A stretch of 39,462 nucleotides of DNA from a virus (IMGVR_UViG_3300036773_000051:1-39462); one strand, 5' to 3'. Positions 26,132 to 34,902 are shown, counted from the stretch's first letter. Numbers and translations are program-made. The notes: generated by a model not told the origin, from the sequence alone.

Positions 26132-26602
26132 TCAGCGGAAATCAGCTGCGGAGCGCATCTCGATGTCCCGTTGAACGGCGTCGTCGTACGCGCTTGCCGT
26201 CTCGTCGTGCAGATTGTCAGCAATCCAGGCGGCCGGATCAGCAGCGTTACGCACATCCCGTAGGGCTGCCTGGTAGCCCTCCTGGAATCCGCGCTGGCGC
26301 GCGTCGACTGCCTTGCGAGAGACCTGTATCTTGCGGCGCGCGGTGACGGTTTCAAGTTCAGCGACACCAGCGGTCCCGTGATCCGCGTACGCGTCGGCTA
26401 GCGCTTCGCTGTACTCGGTATGCGGACCGGCTACCCATGCGGTGGCGTAGCTGGCGTCGCCGGTTGGGGCGGCTTGCATGGTGGCGGTTTCGATGTCGTC
26501 GCGAGCGTTGAGGCTGATGACCCACTGTTCGGCGTCGATGCTGTCGACGGTGCAGGCAAAGCTTCGCTGACTGACTGTGTGGCCGAGGATCGTGACTCGC
26601 AT
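26132..26602 (-). CDS. Hypothetical protein, first gene of the leftward operon (156 aa)
   Basis: AAGGAG RBS before ATG 26602. Confidence 0.75.
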   Translation of the reverse strand: MRVTILGHTVSQRSFACTVDSIDAEQWVISLNARDDIETATMQAAPTGDASYATAWVAGPHTEYSEALADAYADHGTAGVAELETVTARRKIQVSRKAVDARQRGFQEGYQAALRDVRNAADPAAWIADNLHDETASAYDDAVQRDIEMRSAADFR

Positions 26603-26630
26603 TGTGGCTCCTTCGCCGTGGTGTGACATC

Positions 26631-26688
26631 AGCATGACCCCTCGTCTAGTTCTGGTCAAGTACTTGACGTCATCCTTTCGGTCATGCT
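26631..26688. promoter_or_regulatory. Divergent promoter/operator region
   Basis: Palindrome GTCAAGTACTTGAC (26655-26668); leftward TTGACC-N17-CATGCT; inverted repeat AGCATGACC/GGTCATGCT. Confidence 0.65.
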
Positions 26689-26699
26689 TCCATGGCGCC

Positions 26700-26924
26700 A
26701 TGCCCAACCGAGACACCCGCCGCTCACGCGCCTACCGCCTCGCCGAAACGCACATCCGCGACCAACACGGCGAGCCCAATCTCATGGGCTACATCGCGTC
26801 GCTGCGCCGTATGGACATTCCGTGGGCGGACATCGCGCGCGAATTCGACGGGATGCCCGGCGGCGGGCCGAGCATCGAAACCCTTCGCCAGTGGTATCTG
26901 GCAGACCAGGAGAACGAACAGTGA
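26700..26924 (+). CDS. HTH DNA-binding protein, Cro-like (74 aa)
   Basis: IPWADIAREF..PSIETLRQWY helix-turn-helix; first rightward gene. Confidence 0.7.
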   Translation: MPNRDTRRSRAYRLAETHIRDQHGEPNLMGYIASLRRMDIPWADIAREFDGMPGGGPSIETLRQWYLADQENEQ

Positions 26925-27076
26925 TTGACCCACCGGCCACTGTGGAGACGTGGCAGTGCCCAGAATGCGGCCGGTTCGAGACGCACAATCCGTTCAAGCA
27001 TTTCAACCGGGGCCGTCGCTGTCCTGGAACCCCCATCCGCGTTGTGTACGTACGCAAAGAGGAGAACGAAAAGTGA
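26921..27076 (+). CDS. Small Zn-binding protein (51 aa)
   Basis: CPECG..H..C; GTGA overlaps. Confidence 0.65.
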   Translation: MIDPPATVETWQCPECGRFETHNPFKHFNRGRRCPGTPIRVVYVRKEENEK

Positions 27077-27369
27077 CTCGACGCAGAATCGTCACCGATC
27101 TGTGCACCTACGAGCAGTCTACCGCGAGCGCGAACAGCTCCCCGTACTGCACCGGGAAAGCCGCGTTCACCGTCGGCCCGCTGGAGAAGGAAGCGCCCGG
27201 TGTGACCGATTTCCACCGGGTGTGCCTGAAGCATGTTGGGCACGCGGCTGAGGTCATCCGGGAGCGGTTCGACGGCGCCGCGCACGTGCTCGCGGACTAC
27301 GAGCGCGTCGGAAACGCCTTCAGCGACGACCCGCCGGCATCACCAAACGACATCACAGGCACAGCGTGA
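27073..27369 (+). CDS. Hypothetical protein
   Basis: GAGGAG RBS; GTGA overlap. Confidence 0.65.
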   Translation: MTRRRIVTDLCTYEQSTASANSSPYCTGKAAFTVGPLEKEAPGVTDFHRVCLKHVGHAAEVIRERFDGAAHVLADYERVGNAFSDDPPASPNDITGTA

Positions 27370-27569
27370 TGGCGCAACGGACGAAAAACGGCGAGCGTTG
27401 GCAGAGTCAAGCCATGGGCACAGACTTGGTTATGACTGTTACGCGCATGTCGAAAACCCGCGCGTGGGTGGACATCACATGCACGCAGATGACCGGCGAG
27501 GGTCGGTACGCGACGTGGACGAAACGCATGCCGGAAGGCATCCCGGATACTTGGGTGCGTGTGTCGTGA
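27366..27569 (+). CDS. Hypothetical protein
   Basis: Coupled ORF. Confidence 0.65.
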   Translation: MMAQRTKNGERWQSQAMGTDLVMTVTRMSKTRAWVDITCTQMTGEGRYATWTKRMPEGIPDTWVRVS

Positions 27570-28087
27570 CCGCCGTGATGCTGGCCAGTGTGGTCGCGGC
27601 GTACGACCGGCTGCTGGTGTGGCTCGGGTTCCGGTCAAGGCACGCCAGCCGCGCGACAGCTGCCACTCCGCGTGAGTATCGCGGCCGGCACGCAACGAAC
27701 ACTCTCGCCCGGGATCTAGCCGACGCTGTCGCGGCCGGCGCGATCACCGTGAACCAAGCACGCCAAAACGCGAAGATCACCGCGATGGACCTGCTGGGGA
27801 TCGCGCCGAACATGCCCGACCCGCGACCGGTATGGACGGCGCCGAATGATGGCCTGTTCAAAACCCGGTTCGACCAAGTCAAGAATGGTCCGACGCGTTG
27901 GGTTCCGAACACGTCAGAGCCGCGCTCCGGATCGCTCCCCGAGCTCGGCCAACGCATCGCGGATGGCCTCATGCCGTGGTTCGACAAAGCAGCCGACACC
28001 GTCACCCTGCCGTCACTTCAGGTCGATTGGCGTGAGGGACGAACCGAACAGCCGATGACACGGTACGGCCGCGCCGACAAACTGTAA
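27566..28087 (+). CDS. Hypothetical protein
   Basis: GTG 27566 overlaps the previous stop. Confidence 0.65.
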   Translation: MTAVMLASVVAAYDRLLVWLGFRSRHASRATAATPREYRGRHATNTLARDLADAVAAGAITVNQARQNAKITAMDLLGIAPNMPDPRPVWTAPNDGLFKTRFDQVKNGPTRWVPNTSEPRSGSLPELGQRIADGLMPWFDKAADTVTLPSLQVDWREGRTEQPMTRYGRADKL

Positions 28088-28113
28088 CCACCACACCACG
28101 GAAGGAAACGATC

Positions 28114-28299
28114 ATGGAACCGTCTGACGACTACACCGCCGAACTACAGGCCCGGTTGGAGCAGTACCAGCAGAAGCTGGCCGCTATCCGGGACGCCTGG
28201 TATGCGTTCGACCGTCCGTCCAGTGATGCGGCGGGAGCTCTTGTCTCAGCGCAGTTCCTTGGCCGGGTCATCCTCAGCCCGGTTGCGGACGTGTCATGA
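28114..28299 (+). CDS. Hypothetical protein
   Basis: CCACGGAAGGA RBS. Confidence 0.7.
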   Translation: MEPSDDYTAELQARLEQYQQKLAAIRDAWYAFDRPSSDAAGALVSAQFLGRVILSPVADVS

Positions 28300-28613
28300 C
28301 CGCCGTCATGTCGTGGCTGTTCTACAACGCCCCCGTGGTGTTCGCTCTGGCCGCGAACTACCCGGTGCTGCTGGTCATCGTGGCGGCCGTGTCGTGGTTC
28401 CTTGTCGTGCAGAGTCTGTCCCGCCGCGTAGTGGCCGCGCGTAAGGCCAACGGGGCTTTCCTGCCGCGTCTGGTGGCGTGGCTGCGGGTGCCGCTGGTCG
28501 AGCGGGTTACGCCGGCGTATTCGGTGGCCGAGCGGGTCGCGGTGTTGGATCGGATCGCGGCGGACCGGGCGCAGCTCATCACCCTGCCGACCGCCGATCG
28601 GGATGCGGCGTGA
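28296..28613 (+). CDS. Membrane protein
   Basis: N-terminal hydrophobic segment; ATGA overlap. Confidence 0.65.
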   Translation: MTAVMSWLFYNAPVVFALAANYPVLLVIVAAVSWFLVVQSLSRRVVAARKANGAFLPRLVAWLRVPLVERVTPAYSVAERVAVLDRIAADRAQLITLPTADRDAA

Positions 28614-28804
28614 CCGGGCCACGGGTGGCCATGGACACCGCGATCCTGTATTTCCGGCGGGTGGTGGCGTTCGTGCTGATTGGTTGCGGCTTGTCGGTGC
28701 TGCCGAAGGACGAGCGGGAACTGCTTGTCAACGCGATGGACAACGCTGTGCAGATCGAGCGGTTCAAGAATCAGTTGCGTGCGCTGTACCGTGATGGACG
28801 TTGA
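28610..28804 (+). CDS. Hypothetical protein
   Basis: GTGA overlap. Confidence 0.6.
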   Translation: MTGPRVAMDTAILYFRRVVAFVLIGCGLSVLPKDERELLVNAMDNAVQIERFKNQLRALYRDGR

Positions 28805-29699
28805 CCCGGCGCTGCCGGCGGCAGTCCCACTGGTCGACTGGCAGGCGCGGGATGCGGACTGGCTCACGGCACGACGTCGCGGTTTGGGCGCGTCCGAAGT
28901 AGCATCTGCGCTCGGCCTGCCCGGCGCGTACGCCACACCCTGGCAAATCTGGGCCAGCAAAACGGGGCGCATGGTCGACGTGGAGCTCGACTCCGCACAG
29001 GTCGAGCTCGGGACGGATCTGGAACCGTGGCTGATAGACGTCGCTGGCCGACATTTCCTGGACATGGTGAAACGGCCGCTGTACCGGCTGTACGCGAACC
29101 GGTCGCGACCGTGGGTGATGGCCAGCCCGGACGCGATCCGGTACGCCGACACGGACGTCCGGCTAGTTGAGTGCAAAACAGCGGGCATCGTCGAACCGAA
29201 CACCGCGAAAGACTGGTCACTCGACGAGGTGCCGCTGCGGGTCGAGGTGCAGGCGCGGTGGCAGCTGGCGACCGCAGAGGTCCGTACGGGCGTGGACATC
29301 GCGGGTTTGGTCGCCGGGATCGGTCTGCATTTCTGGACTGTGGAGTGGTCGTACAGCCAGGAGGAAGCGTTGTTGCGGGCCGCGTCGCAGTGGTGGGGGG
29401 AACACGTCATCAACGACGTTGAGCCCGCGATGATGCCCGCCGACGACGCCGTCATGAACGGGCTGCACTCGACGGTCGAGGGGTCTGTCGAGTTGCCGCC
29501 GGGCGCTGGGATCGTGCTGGCGCGGTACCGGTCCGCAGTCGCGGTGGGGGCGGCTGCGGACCGGCGCCGGAAGGAATGCGCCGCCACCCTGAAAAACTGG
29601 CTAGCCGGCGCCACTGAAGGCACCGTCGACGGGCGGCCGGTGGTGACGTGGCGGCCGAACAAAAACGGGGTCCGCTCCATCGGAGTCAAAGGAGAATGA
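28794..29699 (+). CDS. YqaJ/RecE-like exonuclease
   Basis: WLTARRRGLGASE, ASPDA, VECKT, QARWQL motifs. Confidence 0.92.
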   Translation: MDVDPALPAAVPLVDWQARDADWLTARRRGLGASEVASALGLPGAYATPWQIWASKTGRMVDVELDSAQVELGTDLEPWLIDVAGRHFLDMVKRPLYRLYANRSRPWVMASPDAIRYADTDVRLVECKTAGIVEPNTAKDWSLDEVPLRVEVQARWQLATAEVRTGVDIAGLVAGIGLHFWTVEWSYSQEEALLRAASQWWGEHVINDVEPAMMPADDAVMNGLHSTVEGSVELPPGAGIVLARYRSAVAVGAAADRRRKECAATLKNWLAGATEGTVDGRPVVTWRPNKNGVRSIGVKGE

Positions 29700-29902
29700 T
29701 GCGCAAAATCACCGACGCGCAATTGTGCGACCACGTCAAGTCGGTTGGTCGGGTGTCTTGGCCGGCCGATTTGAAACCGGGTCCGAGTGACGCGTCGGCA
29801 TCGATCGCTATTTGTCACCGGCCGTTGTGCCACGCGATGGCGGTTGCGTGGGTGTTACAGCAGACCGGCCATGAAGGCGTTTTCGTTCCATGGAAGGATT
29901 GA
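29696..29902 (+). CDS. Hypothetical protein
   Basis: ATGA overlap; AAAGGAG RBS. Confidence 0.65.
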   Translation: MMRKITDAQLCDHVKSVGRVSWPADLKPGPSDASASIAICHRPLCHAMAVAWVLQQTGHEGVFVPWKD

Positions 29903-29903
29903 T

Positions 29904-30704
29904 ATGGCCAACGATCGAGTAGGTAACGCGATTGAAGTGCGTGAGGCGCAGAAGTCCGCCAGGGCGACTCTCGAGCAACGGATTAAACAGTACGAGAAGT
30001 GGTGGCAGGCCGCGATGCCGAAAGGCTCCGAAGCTGCACAGTTGGTCCGGGACGCGGTGCATTGTATTCGCACGAATCCGGAGTTGGCTGGTTGTGATAT
30101 TGAGTCGATTATGGGCGGGTTGACGACGTGCGCGCAGCTGGGATTGCGGCCGGGGGTGGCGAATCTGGGGCACGCGTGGTTAGTGCCGTTGAAGGGGAAA
30201 GCGGCCCTGTGGTTGGGGTATCGGGGGATGATCGATATCGCGTACCGGAACCCGCGTATCGAAACGATCAGCGGCCGCGCAGTGTTCGAGCATGAGGCGT
30301 TCAAAGCGTCATACGAGCCGCCGGCTATCGCGCATGACCCGGTGCAGTGGGGTGAGCCGAAAGGGAACCCAGTCGGGTATTACTCGGTCGCGAGGATGGC
30401 GCGGGGTGGCCTGATTTTCAACACGTTGAGCGAGGCGGAGTCGGAAGTTATCCGCGCGCAGCAGTTGAAAATCCGGGCGTCGGGGCCGTGGCGGGATCAT
30501 CCGGAACCGATGAAAATCAAGACTGCGATGCGCCGCATGTGGCGGTGGTTGCCGATGTCCCTGGAAATGCAGGCCGTGGAGGCCATTGACGGGTCGGTGC
30601 GGTTAGACGCGTCGCCGGATATCCGCCCGGAGGACGCGTCGCAGATCATCGACAGCGACGCGGAGGAGACCGACAACCCGGTGTCCGGGCAGCGTCAAGA
30701 ATGA
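29904..30704 (+). CDS. recT: RecT-family single-strand annealing protein
   Basis: CAQLGLRP..AWLVP..LGYRGMID, GPW....PMKIKTAMRR..WLPMS. Confidence 0.93.
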   Translation: MANDRVGNAIEVREAQKSARATLEQRIKQYEKWWQAAMPKGSEAAQLVRDAVHCIRTNPELAGCDIESIMGGLTTCAQLGLRPGVANLGHAWLVPLKGKAALWLGYRGMIDIAYRNPRIETISGRAVFEHEAFKASYEPPAIAHDPVQWGEPKGNPVGYYSVARMARGGLIFNTLSEAESEVIRAQQLKIRASGPWRDHPEPMKIKTAMRRMWRWLPMSLEMQAVEAIDGSVRLDASPDIRPEDASQIIDSDAEETDNPVSGQRQE

Positions 30705-31123
30705 ACACCGGGCCGTCCGAGCATCAGCGGGCGCTTGTGTTATCGCGTGACTGGTATGAGTGCCTGCGGTGCGGCCGTACAGGCGCGCAAATCCACCACC
30801 GCAGGCCGCGCATGGCCGGCGGCACCACGGATCCGCTGATCAACAGCATGCCGAACCTGGTTCTGTTGTGCATGGATTGCCATGACTGGGTGGAAATGAA
30901 CCGCCACAACGCCCGCGAGGCAGGGTATTTGCTGCGGAACGTGGGCGACGCCCCGACCACGCCGATGCTGCTTTTGCATAAAAAGCAAGGGCAATCTCGG
31001 TACGTTCGGCTCGACTTTGATGGCACACGGGAGGAGTTGGACCAGGGCGACGCGGCGTATTTTGAGCGGTACGGGCAGATCCCACGGAAGGAAAAGGATT
31101 ATGGCAGGCAAGTGGACGAATGA
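30701..31123 (+). CDS. HNH endonuclease
   Basis: RD..CLRCG..IHHRRPRMAGG..NLVLLCMDCH. Confidence 0.9.
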   Translation: MNTGPSEHQRALVLSRDWYECLRCGRTGAQIHHRRPRMAGGTTDPLINSMPNLVLLCMDCHDWVEMNRHNAREAGYLLRNVGDAPTTPMLLLHKKQGQSRYVRLDFDGTREELDQGDAAYFERYGQIPRKEKDYGRQVDE

Positions 31124-31280
31124 GTCGCAGCGGTTAGCTGATGAGGTGCGCCGGAACCTGATGGCGAAGCAGGCCCGTGAGGCGCAGGAGCAGCGGCGGC
31201 GGGACGCGGACCGGCGGGCGGTGGAGTCGGCGCGGCGGATCGATGAGGCGCGGCGGCGGGAACGCCGGGGCGGGTCGTGA
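31101..31280 (+). CDS. Hypothetical charged coiled-coil protein (59 aa)
   Basis: GGAAGG/AAGGA RBS. Confidence 0.6.
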   Translation: MAGKWTNESQRLADEVRRNLMAKQAREAQEQRRRDADRRAVESARRIDEARRRERRGGS

Positions 31281-31708
31281 TGCTCGGTACGCCGCACGTA
31301 TACGTCGCTGATGAGTCCGCGCTCGCCCACGGGCAGGCGTGGTACAGCGCGGAGACGCGGCCATGCACGTGCGGGCTGCCGCGCTCCAACGCGGTTCACG
31401 ACCTGCCGCCGGCCCCACCGCTGGACGCTCGGCAAGCGGCGGCCGGAGACTACGACGTGGACATGCCCGCCCCCGGCGACCCTCAGCGGGTACTACATAA
31501 ATCGTCCTGGGCGGATCCGTCTGGTGATCACTGGCTCGCGATCGAGTACGACGACGCACAGCTGGGGATCGATGGGCCGGTTGTGGAGGTGGTGGCCGGG
31601 CATCTGTCGCGGGACATCCCGGTGATGATCCCGTTGGAGGTGCTTGAGGGCATGGTGGCGTCTATCCGGCGCCGTCAGTTGCAGGCACGGCGGGGCGATG
31701 GGGCGTGA
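31277..31708 (+). CDS. Hypothetical protein
   Basis: H..CTCGLPRSNAVH motif; coupled. Confidence 0.65.
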   Translation: MMLGTPHVYVADESALAHGQAWYSAETRPCTCGLPRSNAVHDLPPAPPLDARQAAAGDYDVDMPAPGDPQRVLHKSSWADPSGDHWLAIEYDDAQLGIDGPVVEVVAGHLSRDIPVMIPLEVLEGMVASIRRRQLQARRGDGA

Positions 31709-31940
31709 TGTCCGTACGCGGCCGGACAGGCAGCCTATGGACTTGCCGGGCACGTACCGGTGCGCGCGGTGCGGGAAACTCCGGTTCGCCACGCAATCGA
31801 TGGCTGAGTACGTGCTGCGGATGGCGGAGGCGGACTTCCGGGGCGAGCTCGGCCGCGCGCACCCGGTGAGGGCGTACCTCGATCCGACGTGCGGGTGGTG
31901 GCACGTCACCAAATCGGCCGAGAGCAGGGAGCGGACATAA
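31698..31940 (+). CDS. Small Zn-binding protein
   Basis: CARCGKLRF..RAY..CGWWHVT. Confidence 0.7.
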   Translation: MGRDVRTRPDRQPMDLPGTYRCARCGKLRFATQSMAEYVLRMAEADFRGELGRAHPVRAYLDPTCGWWHVTKSAESRERT

Positions 31941-31942
31941 GC

Positions 31943-32155
31943 GAGTGGCCCGGATCGGGGGATTCGGGCCACTCCAACCACGGAAGGTTGTCCGCCGATC
32001 GTACCGGATCCGGATGGCCTTACAAGGTAAGGCTGCGAGTCTCTGGACCCTGGCCGGCGGCCGGTCGTAAGATCCAAGTCTCGACGTGACGAAACCCGCC
32101 CTTTGCTTGGCGGCAAGGCGGGTTTCGTAGATGGGAATCCGACGTGATCGTACCA
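31943..32155 (+). ncRNA. Candidate multi-branched regulatory RNA upstream of the replication gene
   Basis: Stems 31943-31974, 32017-32033, 32036-32083, 32089-32128; closing stem 31996-32009/32137-32150. Confidence 0.4.
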
Positions 32156-32160
32156 AGCGT

Positions 32161-32194
32161 GAGCGACAGTCGGCTATCCGGCTGTCGCTTTTTT
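32161..32194 (+). terminator. Intrinsic terminator upstream of the replication initiator
   Basis: GAGCGACAGTCGG-CTAT-CCGGCTGTCGC followed by TTTTTT. Confidence 0.75.
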
Positions 32195-32249
32195 GTTGCC
32201 CAACTACTACCTGTGGGGGTGTGACCATGAGCCAGTCACAAGAAACGTC

Positions 32250-33116
32250 ATGACGTGGTTTCGGGTCGACGACTCATTTCACAGCCACCCGAAGGCGCTG
32301 AAGGCAGGTAACGCTGCCCTTGGTTTGTGGGTGCGGTGCGCGTCGTGGTCGTCGGCGCATTTACGTGACGGTTTCGTGTCGGAAGAGATCGCGCGTCTCT
32401 ATGCTGCACGAAATCAGATCGAATCTCTCATCAAAGCGGATCTGTGGGAACGGGTTGACGGCGGATATCAGATGCACGACTTTGGTATGAGGAATCCCTC
32501 TGCTGAGGCCGTGCGGGCCGACCGGTCAGCGGCTGCTGAGCGGCAGAAACGTGCTCGTGACAAGGCCAGGGAACGCCGGATTGAAGAGGAAGAGTCACGC
32601 GTGAGTCACGGCGTGACTCACGGTGTGACTCACGCGTTAGTCACACCTGTAGTCACGGTCCCCCCGACCCGACCCGTCCCTAAAGAGAAAGAACTACAGC
32701 CACCTTCGGTGTCTGCCGGCGCTGTCGCACCGGCCGCCCCCATGACGATCACTCAGCGTTCCAAACGGATCACGGACGCCTACGCCGCCGTGGAACCGAT
32801 GTGCAAGTGGGTCGCCGTCAACGGGATCGTCATCAAAGCCGTCAAAGCCGATAAGTGGACGGACCTCGAAATCCGGGACGCCCTGCTGCGGATGGCTGGC
32901 GAAAACCGCTCGGTCACCATCGATTCCCTGCGGACCGAGCTGGCCGGGCTGCCCCCGATGCGGGTTGTTGCCGGCAGAGGCCGCTCAGATCCGACGAACG
33001 ACGCCAACCGGCAGTACGAGGCAGCCATGGCCCGCGCGCAGGCGCAGGAGGCTTCTCAGGGGCAGCAACGGGCAGCGTTCCATGACCAGCAAACGATCAT
33101 TGGGGAACTTGCATGA
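32250..33116 (+). CDS. Phage replication initiator (288 aa)
   Basis: MTWFRVDD.FHSHPK..ALGLW..DGFV..GGYQMHDF..NPS N-terminal domain; internal iterons; followed by loader. Confidence 0.8.
   Translation: MTWFRVDDSFHSHPKALKAGNAALGLWVRCASWSSAHLRDGFVSEEIARLYAARNQIESLIKADLWERVDGGYQMHDFGMRNPSAEAVRADRSAAAERQKRARDKARERRIEEEESRVSHGVTHGVTHALVTPVVTVPPTRPVPKEKELQPPSVSAGAVAPAAPMTITQRSKRITDAYAAVEPMCKWVAVNGIVIKAVKADKWTDLEIRDALLRMAGENRSVTIDSLRTELAGLPPMRVVAGRGRSDPTNDANRQYEAAMARAQAQEASQGQQRAAFHDQQTIIGELA
32592..32656. repeat. Six phased iterons, probable replication origin
   Basis: GAGTCAC, GTGAGTCAC, GTGACTCAC x2, TTAGTCAC, GTAGTCAC at 11-12 bp period. Confidence 0.7.
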
Positions 33117-33610
33117 AACTGACTGAGGTGGTGACGCTCGTACGGTTACTGCGTGCGATCGCACCGGCACAGAAATTCGATGACTACACAGCTGAAGCTT
33201 GGCACCCGCTGCTCGACGACATCCGCCACGAAGACGCCATGGCCGCCGTCAAAGAGCTGGGCAAGCGGCTGCCGTTCATCTCACCAGCGGACATCCGCAC
33301 TGAGGTCCGCCGGCTCCGTTCGGAGCGCATGCGGCACGCTGACCAGTCGTTCAGACACCACGGTGATCCTGACGACGTAGCGGATTACATGCGACAACTG
33401 AAAGATCACCGGGCAGCAATCGCTGACGGCACGGTCGACGGCGCTCCCGCGATTGACATCGTGACTCAGCTGTCTGCTGAGGTTGCCGCGCTGGCTCGCT
33501 CTAAAGGGTTGCCAGCGATGTCATTCACGCCGCGCGGTATGTGCAGCTGCGACGGTATGAGCGTGAGTCCTGATTGTGTATCCCGTGTCCACCGGCCGAG
33601 GGGTGTGTAA
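33113..33610 (+). CDS. Helicase loader/inhibitor-like protein (G39P-like)
   Basis: AEAWHPLLDDI..AAV..FISPADIR; directly after initiator. Confidence 0.65.
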   Translation: MKLTEVVTLVRLLRAIAPAQKFDDYTAEAWHPLLDDIRHEDAMAAVKELGKRLPFISPADIRTEVRRLRSERMRHADQSFRHHGDPDDVADYMRQLKDHRAAIADGTVDGAPAIDIVTQLSAEVAALARSKGLPAMSFTPRGMCSCDGMSVSPDCVSRVHRPRGV

Positions 33611-33611
33611 A

Positions 33612-33794
33612 TTGACCACCGACACGCAAGCCACCGCGACATACGCGCAATTCCTTCTCGAGTCGGCCCGCGTGGATCTGAAACCGGGGCCGTCGTGGAC
33701 GTGGCCGGCGCCGTTCTGGGCGAAGTGGGGTTCGTACGCGCTGGGGATCACGGACGGCCCGGTCGTGCAGCTGCGCAAGCTCGGGCGGTCGTGA
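33612..33794 (+). CDS. Hypothetical protein (TTG start)
   Basis: Fills the gap; overlaps next start. Confidence 0.5.
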   Translation: MTTDTQATATYAQFLLESARVDLKPGPSWTWPAPFWAKWGSYALGITDGPVVQLRKLGRS

Positions 33795-34021
33795 TGGGCG
33801 TCAACGTCACCACCCGCACGGTCTGGTTCGCGGTCTGCCAGCACTGCACGCGCCGGAAAATGCAGGACACACCAGGCTATTGGAATGTGTTTGTCGCTGA
33901 TTTCGCGTCGAAAATGGACCGTGCTGCGTGGCAGATCGAGCATCACAGGGCCAATTTGCAGACGCATCCGGACGTGGATTACGTGGTGTGGGATGTCACG
34001 ACCGGTGATCCTGTTGCCTGA
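33791..34021 (+). CDS. Hypothetical Zn-binding protein
   Basis: CQHC..H..H; GTGA overlap. Confidence 0.6.
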   Translation: MMGVNVTTRTVWFAVCQHCTRRKMQDTPGYWNVFVADFASKMDRAAWQIEHHRANLQTHPDVDYVVWDVTTGDPVA

Positions 34022-34223
34022 CAACAGGAGTTTCTACCCGAAAGTCACTGTCCCGATGTCGCCTGAGGCGCGGGCACGGCAGAAGCTCGGGCATGACGGG
34101 CCGTGCGCGCGGTGTCGGCGGTCGTGTCGCCGGTACGGGCCGATGGGGTCGCCGCTGTGCTCGACCTGTTCGAAGAAAGATCAACTTTCGGCTGCACCAA
34201 TCAAGCGTGTGACAAACAACTGA
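34014..34223 (+). CDS. Small Zn-finger protein
   Basis: GPCARC..RYGPMGSPLCSTC; start uncertain. Confidence 0.6.
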   Translation: MPDNRSFYPKVTVPMSPEARARQKLGHDGPCARCRRSCRRYGPMGSPLCSTCSKKDQLSAAPIKRVTNN

Positions 34224-34276
34224 CAGTGTGACATGCTGGGGGTCTGCACCGCGTCCACCACGGAAGGGGCCACGCG

Positions 34277-34786
34277 ATGTCCACAACCGAGCAACTCCAA
34301 CGACTCGAAAACGCCATCACCTACATCGAGCAGCACCCCGAGAAACACAATCAGGGCTTATGGATCGGCCTCGACATGGAATGCCGAGTATCTGCTTTGG
34401 GGAGCATCGACGATCCGGACCCGTGGTGTGGGTCCAAGGCATGCCTGTTCGGGACGATCGCGCTGCAAGCGGGTGACCTGCCATGGCTGTACGACAGCCC
34501 CGTTCACTCCGCTTCGGACCTGTGGCGGAACCTTGACGCGGGGGAAGACAACACGGCCACCGTGGTCCCTGCCGGCGGCACGGACCCGGTGTCCATTTTT
34601 GAGCGGGTCATGAGCCTGGTCGGGTTTCTGTCGACCACGGAAGCGTCGTGGTGGGCGAACCCGGAACGCACGGTGGCGGACTTCCGGCGCGCGTTGGAAG
34701 ACATGAAAGCGGGCCGGCGCCCATTCTGGCACGCCAGCGTGTACGGGGCCGACGACCTGCCGGAACATCCGTGCCCCGCGAGTTGA
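34277..34786 (+). CDS. Hypothetical protein
   Basis: IEQHPEKHNQ.W..CGSKACLFG; CCACGGAAGG RBS. Confidence 0.75.
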   Translation: MSTTEQLQRLENAITYIEQHPEKHNQGLWIGLDMECRVSALGSIDDPDPWCGSKACLFGTIALQAGDLPWLYDSPVHSASDLWRNLDAGEDNTATVVPAGGTDPVSIFERVMSLVGFLSTTEASWWANPERTVADFRRALEDMKAGRRPFWHASVYGADDLPEHPCPAS

Positions 34787-34902
34787 GGCCGTGCGGTACG
34801 GAAGCCGCGTACCGCCGGCACCTGCGCAACGAAGGCAACGCGTGCGCCGCTTGCCGCCGCGCTCACGCCGAATACAACGCCGACCACAAACCCGCCCAGT
34901 GA
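34783..34902 (+). CDS. Zn-binding microprotein (39 aa)
   Basis: PCGTEAAYRRH..CAAC actinophage motif; 4-bp overlaps. Confidence 0.6.
   Translation: MRPCGTEAAYRRHLRNEGNACAACRRAHAEYNADHKPAQ

Noticed and set aside
31308-31320. CTGATGAG hammerhead core
   Set aside because: No stem II followed by GAAA; lies inside a CDS
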